A stretch of 47,436 nucleotides of DNA from Saprospiraceae bacterium (GCA_027009605.1 JALVCY010000042.1:1-47436), one strand, 5' to 3'; numbered from the stretch's first letter, positions 25,260 to 35,667 are shown. The notes: a model not told the origin generated them from the sequence alone. Program-made: numbers and translations.

Positions 25260-28200
25260 TCACATGCTCCGGCGGTATTCACCGCCTACAGAAAATAACG
25301 AGTTGGTAATTTGCCCCAAAGAACAATACTTTGCGGTCGTCATCATCTGCTCAAAAATGTTGCCTCCATCGAGTGCAACTTGCTGTATTTTGCGGAGGGC
25401 TTCGGCGCTCTTGTCCGCATTGGTTTTATGCAAATCTCTCAAAGAAGAAATTTGAGCTTGCTTTTCCTCGTCATGGGCACGAATCACTTCAGAAGGGATA
25501 ATTGTTGGTGACCCATCTTTCGATAAAAACGTGTTGACTCCCATGATGGGAAGCTCTCCGGTGCTTTTCAAGGTCTCGTAATACAGACTTTCTTCTTGGA
25601 TTTTACTTCGTTGATACATCGTTTCCATTGCCCCCAAGACGCCGCCGCGATCGGTCAATCTATCAAATTCCGTCAAGACTGCTTCTTCCACTAAGTCCGT
25701 CAATTCTTCGATAATAAAAGCCCCTTGTATAGGATTTTCATTTTTGGCTAAGCCTAGTTCGTGATTGATAATCAACTGAATAGCCATGGCCCGGCGCACA
25801 CTTTCTTCTGTCGGGGTTGTGATGGCTTCGTCATAGGCATTAGTGTGTAGCGAATTGCAATTGTCATAAATGGCATACAATGCTTGCAAGGTCGTCCGGA
25901 TATCATTAAAAGATATTTCTTGAGCGTGTAAAGACCGACCGGAAGTTTGGATGTGATATTTGAGCTTTTGAGATCGGTCATTGGCGCCATATTTCAGTTT
26001 CATGGCTTTTGCCCAAATACGTCTAGCAACCCGGCCAATTACGGTATATTCGGGGTCTAAGCCATTGGAAAAGAAGAAAGACAAGTTGGGTGCAAAACTA
26101 TTAATGTCCATACCCCGGCTTAAATAATATTCCACGTAAGTGAATCCATTGGCTAGGGTAAAAGCCAATTGGGTAATAGGGTTGGCGCCCGCTTCGGCAA
26201 TATGATAGCCGGAAATGGAGACCGAATAAAAATTACGAATATTATTTTGATTAAAATACTCCTGCATGTCCCCCATCAAGCGCAAGGAAAACTCAGTGGA
26301 AAAAATACAAGTATTCTGCGCTTGATCTTCTTTCAAAATATCCGCCTGTATCGTTCCGCGAACCGATGAAATGGCCTTGGCCTTTAACTCGGCATAGACT
26401 TCAGGCGCTAAGACTTCATCTCCCGTCAATCCTAATAGCATCAAGCCGAGTCCGTCATTACCTTTCGGAATTTCACCCCGGTAGATTGGGCGCGAGAGAC
26501 CTTTGTCGTCGTATTTTTCCTTGAGCTTGGCTTCAACCAGATGCTCTAATTGATTGGCTTTGATATATTTTTCACACTCTTGATCGATGGCTACATTCAT
26601 AAAAAAAGCGGTCATGATAGAGGCCGGCCCATTAATGGTCATGGACACCGATGTCGTTGGATTACACAAATCAAATCCGGAGTACAAACGTTTGGCATCA
26701 TCCAAAGAACAAATACTAACCCCCGAATTACCTACTTTCCCATAAATATCCGGGCGTTCGTCGGGGTCTTCCCCGTAAAGTGTGACCGAATCAAAGGCTG
26801 TGGATAACCGGCTAAACGGCAGGTCGCCGGAGACATAATGAAAGCGCCGGTTGGTACGCTCCGGGCCTCCTTCTCCCGCAAACATACGCGTGGGGTCTTC
26901 CCCTTTACGCTTAAACGGAAAGACACCGGCTGCAAACGGAAACCGGCCGGGCACATTTTCCATTAATATCCATTTTAATATTTCGCCCCAATCTTTATAC
27001 TTTGGTAAGATAACCCTGGGAATTCGAGTTTGCGAAAGCGAAAGCGTATAAGTGGGTACTTTTATTTCTTTATTCCGAACATGATAAACAAATTCATCCG
27101 CTTCATATTGCTCCTTCAAATCATCCCATTCTTCCAGCGCCTTGCGGCAAAAAGGATCCAAGTGCATTTCTAAATCCGTATAGGCTTGATTCAAGTGCCG
27201 GAGAATATCTTCGGATGCTGTACCCTGTTGCTCCAAAACCGTTATGGTATTTTTTATACCAAATAGCTGACGGGCAATTTCACTTTGCTTATGCGCCCAA
27301 TCTCCGTATTTTCTGACCTCATCAGATATTTCCGAAAGGTATCGTACCCGCCGTGGCGGGATGATAAATTGCTTGCCACTTTGCCCTTCTAATATCGTTA
27401 AATCTGACTTTAGTCTCGGATTGATTTCTTGCAACTTAGCCATCAAAAGGCGATACAATTTGGTGGTGCCCGGGTCATTAAATTGAGACGCAATGGTGCC
27501 CACCACCGGCATCTCACTCATTGGAGTATCCCACAAGTTGTGATTTCGCATATATTGTTTAGCGACGTCTCGAACCGCATCTTCTGCCCCCCGTTTGTCA
27601 AATTTATTGACTGCGATAAAGTCCGCAAAATCCAACATGTCAATTTTTTCCAGCTGGGAAGCCGCTCCATACTCCGGGGTCATTACATAAAGTGACACAT
27701 CCGAATGGTCGATAATTTCGGTATCCGACTGACCGATTCCTGAAGTCTCCAGTATGATTAGGTCAAAATCGGCGGCTTTTAGGATGTTAAGTGCTGATTT
27801 GACGTGTTTGGATAGGGCTAAGTTAGATTGCCTGGTGGCCAAGGAGCGCATATAAATATTGGGGTGATTCACTGCATTCATACGAATTCTATCTCCGAGC
27901 AAGGCTCCACCGGTTTTCCGCTTAGAAGGGTCCACCGAAATAATCCCAAGCTTCAAACCATCAAAATCCATCAAAAACCGGCGAATAATTTCATCTACTA
28001 GACTGGATTTTCCGGCTCCACCCGTACCGGTAATTCCCAAAACCGGTATTTTGGAGTCGGAGACCATGTCATCTATAGATTCAAGTAGCTTATGATTTTG
28101 TTCCGGATTGTTTTCTGCAATCGTAATCAGTCGAGCAATGGCCTGATGATTGCTCCCCATTAACGCTTGAAACTCCCCTTCAAACGGTTTGGCCAATGAA

Positions 28201-28640
28201 AAATCACAGGACTTAATCACATCATTAATCATTCCTTGTAAGCCTAGTTCCCGGCCATCATCCGGTGAGTATATCCGTGTAATTCCATACGCTTGAAGCT
28301 CCTTAATCTCTGAAGGCAAGATGGTGCCGCCGCCACCGCCGAATATTTTGATGTGTCCGGCCCCTTTTTCGTGCAATAAGTCATACATGTACTTGAAAAA
28401 CTCATTGTGGCCTCCTTGGTAGGAAGTAATCGCAATGCCTTGCACATCTTCTTGGATGGCCGTATTTACAATGGTTTCTACAGAGCGATTGTGTCCGATA
28501 TGGATGATTTCCGCCCCGGTTCTTTGCAAGATTCGGCGCATGATATTGATGGCGGCATCATGCCCATCAAAGAGGGATGCGGCTGTGACAATACGGACTT
28601 TATTTTTGGGTTGATATGGTTTTGCTTCTTGGTGTATCAT
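25260..28640 (-). CDS. icmF: Fused isobutyryl-CoA mutase IcmF (B12-binding domain + MeaB-like GTPase + mutase catalytic domain)
   Basis: 1126 aa. The N-terminal B12 domain contains [21 protein letters not shown]-protein P-loop [16 protein letters not shown] follows, then a long methylmalonyl-CoA-mutase-family TIM-barrel region. The order and length fit IcmF. Confidence 0.9.
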   Translation of the reverse strand: MIHQEAKPYQPKNKVRIVTAASLFDGHDAAINIMRRILQRTGAEIIHIGHNRSVETIVNTAIQEDVQGIAITSYQGGHNEFFKYMYDLLHEKGAGHIKIFGGGGGTILPSEIKELQAYGITRIYSPDDGRELGLQGMINDVIKSCDFSLAKPFEGEFQALMGSNHQAIARLITIAENNPEQNHKLLESIDDMVSDSKIPVLGITGTGGAGKSSLVDEIIRRFLMDFDGLKLGIISVDPSKRKTGGALLGDRIRMNAVNHPNIYMRSLATRQSNLALSKHVKSALNILKAADFDLIILETSGIGQSDTEIIDHSDVSLYVMTPEYGAASQLEKIDMLDFADFIAVNKFDKRGAEDAVRDVAKQYMRNHNLWDTPMSEMPVVGTIASQFNDPGTTKLYRLLMAKLQEINPRLKSDLTILEGQSGKQFIIPPRRVRYLSEISDEVRKYGDWAHKQSEIARQLFGIKNTITVLEQQGTASEDILRHLNQAYTDLEMHLDPFCRKALEEWDDLKEQYEADEFVYHVRNKEIKVPTYTLSLSQTRIPRVILPKYKDWGEILKWILMENVPGRFPFAAGVFPFKRKGEDPTRMFAGEGGPERTNRRFHYVSGDLPFSRLSTAFDSVTLYGEDPDERPDIYGKVGNSGVSICSLDDAKRLYSGFDLCNPTTSVSMTINGPASIMTAFFMNVAIDQECEKYIKANQLEHLVEAKLKEKYDDKGLSRPIYRGEIPKGNDGLGLMLLGLTGDEVLAPEVYAELKAKAISSVRGTIQADILKEDQAQNTCIFSTEFSLRLMGDMQEYFNQNNIRNFYSVSISGYHIAEAGANPITQLAFTLANGFTYVEYYLSRGMDINSFAPNLSFFFSNGLDPEYTVIGRVARRIWAKAMKLKYGANDRSQKLKYHIQTSGRSLHAQEISFNDIRTTLQALYAIYDNCNSLHTNAYDEAITTPTEESVRRAMAIQLIINHELGLAKNENPIQGAFIIEELTDLVEEAVLTEFDRLTDRGGVLGAMETMYQRSKIQEESLYYETLKSTGELPIMGVNTFLSKDGSPTIIPSEVIRAHDEEKQAQISSLRDLHKTNADKSAEALRKIQQVALDGGNIFEQMMTTAKYCSLGQITNSLFSVGGEYRRSM

Positions 28641-28679
28641 TTTTACTTGGTATTTGCCCTAAACGAAGATTAGGGGTCA

Positions 28680-28687
28680 CAAATATA
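28680..28687 (-). promoter_or_regulatory. Candidate -7 box (TATATTTG) for icmF
   Basis: Exact TAnnTTTG on the minus strand, 40 nt upstream of ATG 28640. Confidence 0.4.
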
Positions 28688-28805
28688 GGGCTTTTGTGGG
28701 ATTATACACAGAACATATATCACCGCAAGAATAAGGGCTTCTCTACACCTGGTTTGATGAGAGAATAGGCGGTTTTTCCCACAGATTCTCTTTTCTTAGG
28801 ATCCC

Positions 28806-29876
28806 TTACCTTTGGCTCTTAATCTTCAAATTAACATCAACATCCGCCGGCAAACCGGATGAATGCGCCACTGCGTTGGTAAATTGCTGAGCCCAATAGG
28901 GAACCAAAGAAGTGCCTTTCGTCCCAAACCCATTAAAGATTCCAATTCGGGGCTCTTTTTGGTTGGCTTCCAAATTTTTCGGAAAACCAATCATAGGCCG
29001 CCGGTGTCGCACAGTGGGGCGAATAGCGGCCAAATGCCGGACAACTTCATAAGTTTGGTCAAGTATGGCTTCAATCTCTGTTTTCAACCACGTTTCCCCC
29101 TCTTTAGATGGCTCTGCATCTTCGAAATCCCAAAAATTAGTGGCTCCGGCCCAAAACAAATGGTCGCCTAGCGGGATGAAGGCCACCTTTTTTTTGATGA
29201 TATTTTCTTCCGGCATTTCCGGAAGGTGCAAAATCAGCACCTCGCCCTTGGTTACTTGAAATGGCAATGACTGAAATAACGGATTATGCATCGCTTCCCA
29301 GCCTTCACAAAAAATAATTCGGTCGTAATCTTCGCCTTGATAGGTAGCTCCTTCCAACCGGTCATGCTGAAAAGTGGCTTCACTCAGGCGTCCTTCTTGT
29401 AACCATTTTTTCCGAAAGGACTCAATCATCAAGGAGATGTTGGCCTTAGCAGAATGCTTAATTAGGCCTACTCCAAATTCATTTTTTATTGGAAACCGGG
29501 CAATCGTTTTAGCTTGCGCAAAATCGAGATAATGCCCATATCCTTCATTGGTCATCCGGATGCTCCAATTATTGCTCATGCCGGTGTCGGTAAATAGGCG
29601 CAATGCCGGCAATTCGTACCAGAGTTTCAGTCCCAATTCTTTTTCAATAGCTTGGTAATAGGATTTGGCGACCGGAAGTAATTCATCTATCATCCAACTT
29701 TTGACAATGCGACGTCCTGTGACAGGATTTACGACTCCGGCAGCCAACGAAGACGAAATCCCCTGATGGCCTTTGTCAATGATTTTAACGTGGAATCCTT
29801 TCTGAATGAATTGGTGGGCTAGGACACTGCCTGCAAGGCCTTGGCCGACGACTAGGATTTTAAGGTTTTGACTCAT
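28806..29876 (-). CDS. FAD-dependent oxidoreductase (DAO / MnmC-C-terminal-like family)
   Basis: The Rossmann motif is KILVVGQGLAGSVLAHQFIQKGFHVKIIDK, and a DAO-type motif IRPTVRHRRPMIG lies near the C-terminus. Its start overlaps the upstream gene by 17 nt. Confidence 0.75.
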   Translation of the reverse strand: MSQNLKILVVGQGLAGSVLAHQFIQKGFHVKIIDKGHQGISSSLAAGVVNPVTGRRIVKSWMIDELLPVAKSYYQAIEKELGLKLWYELPALRLFTDTGMSNNWSIRMTNEGYGHYLDFAQAKTIARFPIKNEFGVGLIKHSAKANISLMIESFRKKWLQEGRLSEATFQHDRLEGATYQGEDYDRIIFCEGWEAMHNPLFQSLPFQVTKGEVLILHLPEMPEENIIKKKVAFIPLGDHLFWAGATNFWDFEDAEPSKEGETWLKTEIEAILDQTYEVVRHLAAIRPTVRHRRPMIGFPKNLEANQKEPRIGIFNGFGTKGTSLVPYWAQQFTNAVAHSSGLPADVDVNLKIKSQR

Positions 29877-30453
29877 TTTTTTCCTTTAGGAGTTGGTCAA
29901 TGGCTTTTGTCGCTTTTCGTAGTCTGGTTCGTTTGTCGCCTTTCAGCAAAATGTATGGTCGATTATTTTTTATGAGTGCCTGATGAAAGGCATCAAACAT
30001 CTCCTTTCTTCGGTCGGGACGATCCCTCAAGTCATCTTCTTCCCAAGGGGTGTCAATATAGGTCAATAGATACAAGTCGTATTTATTTTCTTTGGCAGCT
30101 TTTTCAAGGACAGGCTCGACAAAACCGCCATAGTAGGTCTCCGAATAAACCATCGTCTCCAAGATATCCGTATCACAGATTAACACTTTATTGGCCTTTT
30201 TTGCCAGGTCATTTTCTAAGGCCATTTGGCCGATAGCGATGGGAATTAGGTCTTTTCGTTCACACGTCTTGCGTTCATTATTCCACTTGTCTTGTAGATA
30301 GTTACGGGCAAATTCTCGAACCCAGACCGTATCATAGTGCCTTGCCAACTGTCGGGACAAAGTTGTTTTGCCTGTTGATTCCGGTCCAAAAAGCACTACC
30401 TTTAGTACGTTAGATGGTTTTTGAAGCAGTAATTTATAGATGGTATTAGTCAT
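29860..30453 (-). CDS. NadR-type (AAA_28) P-loop kinase-like ATPase, putative nicotinamide-riboside-kinase-like
   Basis: 197 aa. The Walker A motif LFGPESTGKTTLSRQLARHYDTVWVREFARNYL resembles the C-terminal RNK domain of NadR. Confidence 0.65.
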   Translation of the reverse strand: MTNTIYKLLLQKPSNVLKVVLFGPESTGKTTLSRQLARHYDTVWVREFARNYLQDKWNNERKTCERKDLIPIAIGQMALENDLAKKANKVLICDTDILETMVYSETYYGGFVEPVLEKAAKENKYDLYLLTYIDTPWEEDDLRDRPDRRKEMFDAFHQALIKNNRPYILLKGDKRTRLRKATKAIDQLLKEKNESKP

Positions 30454-30485
30454 GGTTGTTTTTTCGCTGTTTGATAGAGAAGGTG

Positions 30486-33400
30486 CTACTCATCATGAGC
30501 CTTGCGGTAATACTTGTTATACCCCAAATAGGCCGCCACTCCCAACCCAACTAATATGGCTAGGATATAATAAATCCAAGTGGGGGTCGGTGGAGGGTCT
30601 CCCTTGGCATAAGAGTGCAATCCGGCTAAATAAAAATTAACCCCAAAGTAAGTCATTAAAATAGAACTAAACCCAAATACAGACAACAGGTTAAATGTAA
30701 ATCGTCCTCGCAAACCGGGCACCAAACGTGCATGCAAAATAAAAGCATAGACCATGATGCTGATTAAGGCCCAAGTCTCTTTGGGATCCCAGCCCCAGTA
30801 TCTTCCCCAACTTTCATTGGCCCATTGTCCTCCCAGAAAATTACCAATAGTCAGCATCACTAGGCCTACAGTCATCGACATTTCATTGATATAGGTAATC
30901 TCTTTTATTTTTAATTTTAGATGCTCCTTGTTTCTGTCATTGGTTAATATCATAAATAACAATGCCACAATACCCAATATCATACTCAATGCAAAAGGCC
31001 CGTAACTGGCCACAATCATCGAGACGTGAATCATCAACCAATAAGAGTTCAGTACAGGTACTAAATTCTCAATAGCCGGATCCATCCAATTCCAATGGGC
31101 AATCATCAACATCATTCCCGTAAGGAAGGCCGATGCTCCCATTGTTAGAGGGGACTTTCTTCCAAAGAGCAAACCGAAAAGCATCGTTGCCCAAGCCACA
31201 TAAACCATTGATTCATAGGCATTTGACCAAGGCGTATGGCCGCTAATATACCATCGAACACCCAAGCCGGCGGTATGCAACGCAAATAAAAATAGAATTA
31301 CGAACATGCTAAATTTTATCAGTCCGCGAATTATTTTTCCATCCTTAAAAATCTGAAATATCACAAATAAAAACAGCAAAGTACCAATATACATGTAATA
31401 ACTAAAAAGCTTCTTGAAGATGTCATATTTGTTGTACATGATTTCTAAATCAATCTGCTTTTGGGAAGGCATGACTGCTGCACCGTATCGTTTCTGAAAG
31501 TTCCCAATAGACTTTAAGACTTCGAGTGCTGTGAAGCCTAAATCACTTTTTTTGCCTTCTTTTTCGTTCATGAATAGTTGGCCGTAAGTAGGGAAAATAC
31601 TCGCCACGACCATCGAATCTTGGCCGGTAAAAGCCTTGTTGGCATCCATCGGTGCGTACCACTTATTATCGGGGTCATTGGGCGCCGGGAAGAACCGCAA
31701 GCCGCGCTCTTCTTCCAAAACTCCATATAGTAGATTAACCCGTTGGTCGATGGCTACTACACTTTTATCAAATGCGCCGGGAATTCTTTTTTTGCTGGCT
31801 TCGTTGGTGTATTTTAATAATTTATAGGCGCCGTTCTCATCAAAGAAATCCATCAAACGGGCATATTTTTGATCTTCAGGCACACCAATGATTTTTCGTA
31901 CTTTTTTGTTGGCAGATTTCATGTAAATGATGGGCGCATAGTACCAAACACGGGGATTCAGAATCATGGACATCAAGATTTGGTCTGAATTATATCCTTT
32001 GTAGGTGTCATGTTTGGTTAGCTTTCGCAAAAGCTCTGAAGAGAAGGTGTTGGCCGGTTTCATCCGGCCTCCGGGATCTTGAACAACTAGCCGCCCAAAG
32101 ACTTTGGCATGTTCTTCCGGAATCGTTGTTTGTCGCAAAAACTCCGTTATATCTATATCATTTTCATGGTTTTGTGCAAACAGCATCGAGCCCGAAAGAC
32201 TAAATACCAAAATCAAAAGTACCGCACTGACCTTCTGAAGCTTCCGCAACCTTTTACGCAAGTGGTTAAAACGGGTGCCCGGCATAAACAAAATTAGCAA
32301 TAACCCTAGGTATAACAAGGCATAGCCGGCGTAGGTAATAGCCGTACCTATTTGGTCATGATTAACAGAAAGGCGGGTTTCTTCTCCTTGCGGAGTTATC
32401 GTGTAAGACGATTGAAAAAACTTATAACCCTGATACTTTAAGATGTTATTCATAAAAATCCGGAAATCAAACTGCTTGTCATTTTGCTTATCTATCACCG
32501 TGACTTCACTGGCATACGACATAGGGCTTTGGGAGCCGGGATAACGATCCAACTGAAAATCTCGTAGCTTAAGGGCAAATGGCAACTCGATATATCTGGA
32601 GCCATAAGAGACCTTGTATCGCTTGCCGCCCAATGTCGCTTCTGCTGCGCCATCCGTGATATATTGGCCGCCAAGAACCGTTACCTTCTTTGTCTCTCCA
32701 TTGGCTGTCAAATTTATCTTAACCATATCCTTCGGAAAATAATTAGGGTCAGCAGAAACATAGCCCAACTCACCGGTTTCAGGGAGCGTAGGCACGACGA
32801 ATCGCAAGGATTCAAAGGTGTAAAGCGCCCGAATATTAAAGTCTTGAATGCTATCTTGCATTACATCTCCATTTGTCTGGGTCGCCATGACTAGGTAGCT
32901 GCCCGCCATTGGGGATTTTATCTTTAGCTGTCCATCTCGTTCAAAGAAATGAATCCCGGGAATCTCAAATTTATCATTGTACGAAATCAAAACCCCATGA
33001 ATAGAAATAACAGAGTCCTTTTGGACAAAATAATCCGTCCTAGCACCGGACGAAGACTCTACCAGGTGCAAAAACTTATCTCCTGTCTCTGTCGGCGTCA
33101 AGGTATGTTTGGCATTGGGGATGTAGCTATCAAATTCAACGCTTACGTTTCCGTCATCACTTTGAGCCTTGAAAGCATTCGAACCCAACTTGCTTAACAA
33201 AACCTTTTTTACGATTAAATCTTTGCCGTGGTCGTCTGCGACGGATAAATACACTTTCTCTGTCAAAAACTTGTTAGAAATATCCCCTTCCATAATGGGC
33301 ATAATCCCTTCATAAGAGATATAGCGGGTCGTCCAAGCTCCAATAATAATCAAAATAAAAGCCCCATGGAAAAGCAAAACCGGCCATTTCTCCCGACGAA

Positions 33401-33611
33401 ACAGGCGATACCGAAAGATATTGCCGATAAAATTAACCAAAAACATAAACATAATGAGCTCAAACCACCAAGCTGCATAGACCAGTTTCCTTGCCGTCGG
33501 GGTGCCATAATCATTCTCTACGAACGTTGCAACAGCCATGACCACCGCAAATAGCAGAAACAAAACAGCCATTAGTTTAGTGGAAAAAAGGAAGTCAAAA
33601 ATCTTTTTCAT
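30486..33611 (-). CDS. ccsBA: Fused System II cytochrome c synthetase CcsBA (ResB/Ccs1 + CcsA)
   Basis: 1041 aa. The N-terminal half is ResB-like with TM helices and a large soluble loop. The C-terminal half is polytopic and carries the WWD heme-handling motif WGRYWGWDPKETWALI. Confidence 0.85.
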   Translation of the reverse strand: MKKIFDFLFSTKLMAVLFLLFAVVMAVATFVENDYGTPTARKLVYAAWWFELIMFMFLVNFIGNIFRYRLFRREKWPVLLFHGAFILIIIGAWTTRYISYEGIMPIMEGDISNKFLTEKVYLSVADDHGKDLIVKKVLLSKLGSNAFKAQSDDGNVSVEFDSYIPNAKHTLTPTETGDKFLHLVESSSGARTDYFVQKDSVISIHGVLISYNDKFEIPGIHFFERDGQLKIKSPMAGSYLVMATQTNGDVMQDSIQDFNIRALYTFESLRFVVPTLPETGELGYVSADPNYFPKDMVKINLTANGETKKVTVLGGQYITDGAAEATLGGKRYKVSYGSRYIELPFALKLRDFQLDRYPGSQSPMSYASEVTVIDKQNDKQFDFRIFMNNILKYQGYKFFQSSYTITPQGEETRLSVNHDQIGTAITYAGYALLYLGLLLILFMPGTRFNHLRKRLRKLQKVSAVLLILVFSLSGSMLFAQNHENDIDITEFLRQTTIPEEHAKVFGRLVVQDPGGRMKPANTFSSELLRKLTKHDTYKGYNSDQILMSMILNPRVWYYAPIIYMKSANKKVRKIIGVPEDQKYARLMDFFDENGAYKLLKYTNEASKKRIPGAFDKSVVAIDQRVNLLYGVLEEERGLRFFPAPNDPDNKWYAPMDANKAFTGQDSMVVASIFPTYGQLFMNEKEGKKSDLGFTALEVLKSIGNFQKRYGAAVMPSQKQIDLEIMYNKYDIFKKLFSYYMYIGTLLFLFVIFQIFKDGKIIRGLIKFSMFVILFLFALHTAGLGVRWYISGHTPWSNAYESMVYVAWATMLFGLLFGRKSPLTMGASAFLTGMMLMIAHWNWMDPAIENLVPVLNSYWLMIHVSMIVASYGPFALSMILGIVALLFMILTNDRNKEHLKLKIKEITYINEMSMTVGLVMLTIGNFLGGQWANESWGRYWGWDPKETWALISIMVYAFILHARLVPGLRGRFTFNLLSVFGFSSILMTYFGVNFYLAGLHSYAKGDPPPTPTWIYYILAILVGLGVAAYLGYNKYYRKAHDE

Positions 33612-33649
33612 GTTGAGTCTTATTTGTAGCGTGGCAGAACATCATGGAA

Positions 33650-33657
33650 CAAAGGTA
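33650..33657 (-). promoter_or_regulatory. Candidate -7 box (TACCTTTG) for the ccsBA operon
   Basis: Exact TAnnTTTG on the minus strand, 39 nt upstream of ATG 33611. Confidence 0.4.
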
Positions 33658-33785
33658 CTTCTTTTAAGTTTATGATTTATTTTTCTACTTTTAACTTTTT
33701 TCCGGGGCTCTCGATGTCGGGTGCAGTCGGGTTTTGTCCCCATTGTCCCTTTTAGTTCATTTGTAATGGGTGTAAGTTTCTAGGA

Positions 33786-34335
33786 AAAAATGCGGCTAAA
33801 GCCGGTCTCCTGCTTAGTTTTGGTCCGTCAGCTAAAGCAGACGGCAAAAGCTAAAGCAGATAAAAGCTAAAGCAGATAAAAGCTAAGACAGACGGTAAAA
33901 GCAAAGAAGATGAAATTAAAGAGATATCCGGAATCCAAGTTTGCGCTTATTTTACCGTTGGTTTTACTTTACCGTTGGTTTTAACCAACGGACAGAAAGC
34001 AAACCCCAAAGGGGCTTTAGCCCCATAGACTGACTAAACAAAAATAGAAAAAATGCGGCTAAAGCCGGTCTCCTGCTTAGCTTTGGCCCGTCAGCTAAAG
34101 CAGACGGCAAAAGCTAAAGCAGATAAAAGCTAAAGCAGATAAAAGCTAAGACAGACGGTAAAAGCAAAGAAGATGAAATTAAAGAGATATCCGGAATCCA
34201 AGTTTGCGCTTATTGTACCGTTGGTTTTACTTTACCGTTGGTTTTAACCAACGGACTAGAAGTAAAACTATCAGGGGCTTTAGCCCCATTAACGGAACAA
34301 ATAAAAATAAAACGGCTAAAGCCAAGTAGGGGCTA
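33786..34335 (+). repeat. Repeat family B: two tandem copies of a 273-bp unit plus a partial third
   Basis: The unit starts (tgcggctaaagccgg...) at 33791 and 34064. The copies are near-identical, with a handful of substitutions. Internal 15-bp tandem aaagctaaagcagat units and the hairpins ccgttggttttaaccaacgg and ggggctttagcccc are present. Confidence 0.85.
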
Positions 34336-34405
34336 ATTTTTCAAGTCAAATCACCGCGATATTTATCGAAAAGTAAGGGACAAAGCCCGATTGCGCACTT
34401 CGATG

Positions 34406-35446
34406 TCATTGGTTTCTAATATATTCTGCCATCATCTTAGGAAATGGGTAGTCCGGCAAATGGCCTTCTTGGACAGCTATCAGCGAATCTAACCTTGGCT
34501 TGCGCAAAACGTCCACTTCCCAAAAATAGGCAATTATCTTTTGGTGGGTGAGCAATTGGGTGATGGGGCCATATTGGTTTTTGATGCTGGGATTTGCCCC
34601 TATTATTTCCTGTAAGCCTTCTTGTATTTTGGATTTGGTTAGATGTTTGGGGGATTCAATATTGGGGAATTCATACAAGGATTGCCAAATATCTTTGCCC
34701 GTCCTTTTTTGAATCCATAGAGTCTCCCCCTTGCGGAAAACGAAGTAGTAAAAATACCGGGTTTTGCGTTTGATTTTTTTGGCTTTTACAGGGAGTTGAG
34801 CAATCCTATTTTGCGCAAGCGCCCGGCATTCCCCTTCCAATGGACATTGATTACAGGCCGGATTTTGGGGTTTACAAATCATCGCCCCCAAATCCATTAA
34901 CGCCTGATTAAATGCACCGGGTTGTTTTATATCGAGCAATTGATTGGCTAATTCTGTAAAATGCTTGCGTCCGGCTCCTGTGCCAATATCCGTAAAATCC
35001 GCCGCATAGCGAGCCAACACCCGAAAGACATTGCCATCAACAACCGCATGCGGCAAACCATAGGCAAAAGATGCAATCGCTGCAGCAGTATAAGGACCCA
35101 CGCCTTTTAGCGCAAGCAAGGTCTCATAAGTCTTTGGAAATTGTCCATTCAATTCTTTGGTGATATATTGCGCCGTAAAGTGCAGGTTTCGGGCACGCGA
35201 ATAATAGCCTAAGCCTTGCCAGAGTTTCATCACTTTTTGTTCATCGGCTTGCGCCAAATCCTGAATCGTGGGGAAAGCCTCCAAAAATCGCACATAATAG
35301 GGCAGCCCCTGCTCCATCCGGGTTTGTTGTAAAATAATTTCAGACAACCAAATAGCATACGCATCGGTACGTGATTTCCAAGGGAGATTCCGGTCATAAG
35401 TCCCCGCCCAATCCAATAGTTTTTTAGCAAAAGAAGAAGTAGCCAT
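34406..35446 (-). CDS. mutY: A/G-specific adenine DNA glycosylase MutY
   Basis: 346 aa. It has WLSEIILQQTRMEQGLPYYVRFLEAFPTIQDLA, an HhH-GPD region LKGVGPYTAAAIASFAY, the Fe-S cluster cysteines CKPQNPACNQCPLEGEC, and a NUDIX-like C-terminal domain. Confidence 0.92.
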   Translation of the reverse strand: MATSSFAKKLLDWAGTYDRNLPWKSRTDAYAIWLSEIILQQTRMEQGLPYYVRFLEAFPTIQDLAQADEQKVMKLWQGLGYYSRARNLHFTAQYITKELNGQFPKTYETLLALKGVGPYTAAAIASFAYGLPHAVVDGNVFRVLARYAADFTDIGTGAGRKHFTELANQLLDIKQPGAFNQALMDLGAMICKPQNPACNQCPLEGECRALAQNRIAQLPVKAKKIKRKTRYFYYFVFRKGETLWIQKRTGKDIWQSLYEFPNIESPKHLTKSKIQEGLQEIIGANPSIKNQYGPITQLLTHQKIIAYFWEVDVLRKPRLDSLIAVQEGHLPDYPFPKMMAEYIRNQ

Positions 35447-35500
35447 GGCGGCAAATTAAGGAGGAAATCAAAAAGAATGGATGTTTTGACAAAAAAAGAG

Positions 35501-35508
35501 TAATTTTG
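35501..35508 (+). promoter_or_regulatory. Candidate -7 box (TAATTTTG) for the THX gene
   Basis: Exact TAnnTTTG, 52 nt upstream of ATG 35560. Confidence 0.4.
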
Positions 35509-35559
35509 CACTTCATTTTCATTCATCAAGTGGCTTGGCCACACCAAAAATAACTAAAA

Positions 35560-35667
35560 ATGGGTAAAGGAGATAGAAGAACCAAAAAAGGAAAAATTAT
35601 CAAGGGTAGTTACGGCGTTTCAAGACCTAAGAAAAAGAAGAAGCCGGTAGTTACGGAGAAGAAGTAA
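35560..35667 (+). CDS. 30S ribosomal protein THX (35 aa)
   Basis: Too short for the supplied ORF track. My translation is MGKGDRRTKKGKIIKGSYGVSRPKKKKKPVVTEKK. The MGKGD(K/R)RTK(K/R)GK..(K/R)GSYG signature is what I recall for bacterial THX. A promoter box lies upstream and a terminator downstream. Confidence 0.75.
   Translation: MGKGDRRTKKGKIIKGSYGVSRPKKKKKPVVTEKK

Noticed and set aside
33786-34335. Possible CRISPR array, also considered for 46938-47345 and 5871-6256
   Set aside because: The repeat periods are 273 bp and 170 bp, and whole units are near-identical. There is no alternation of 25-40-bp repeats with unique spacers, and the window contains no cas genes or leader.
35230-35547. 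105-aa ORF overlapping the mutY 5' region
   Set aside because: It shares a strand with mutY in another frame and overlaps its well-conserved N-terminus and the divergent promoter region. No motifs are present.
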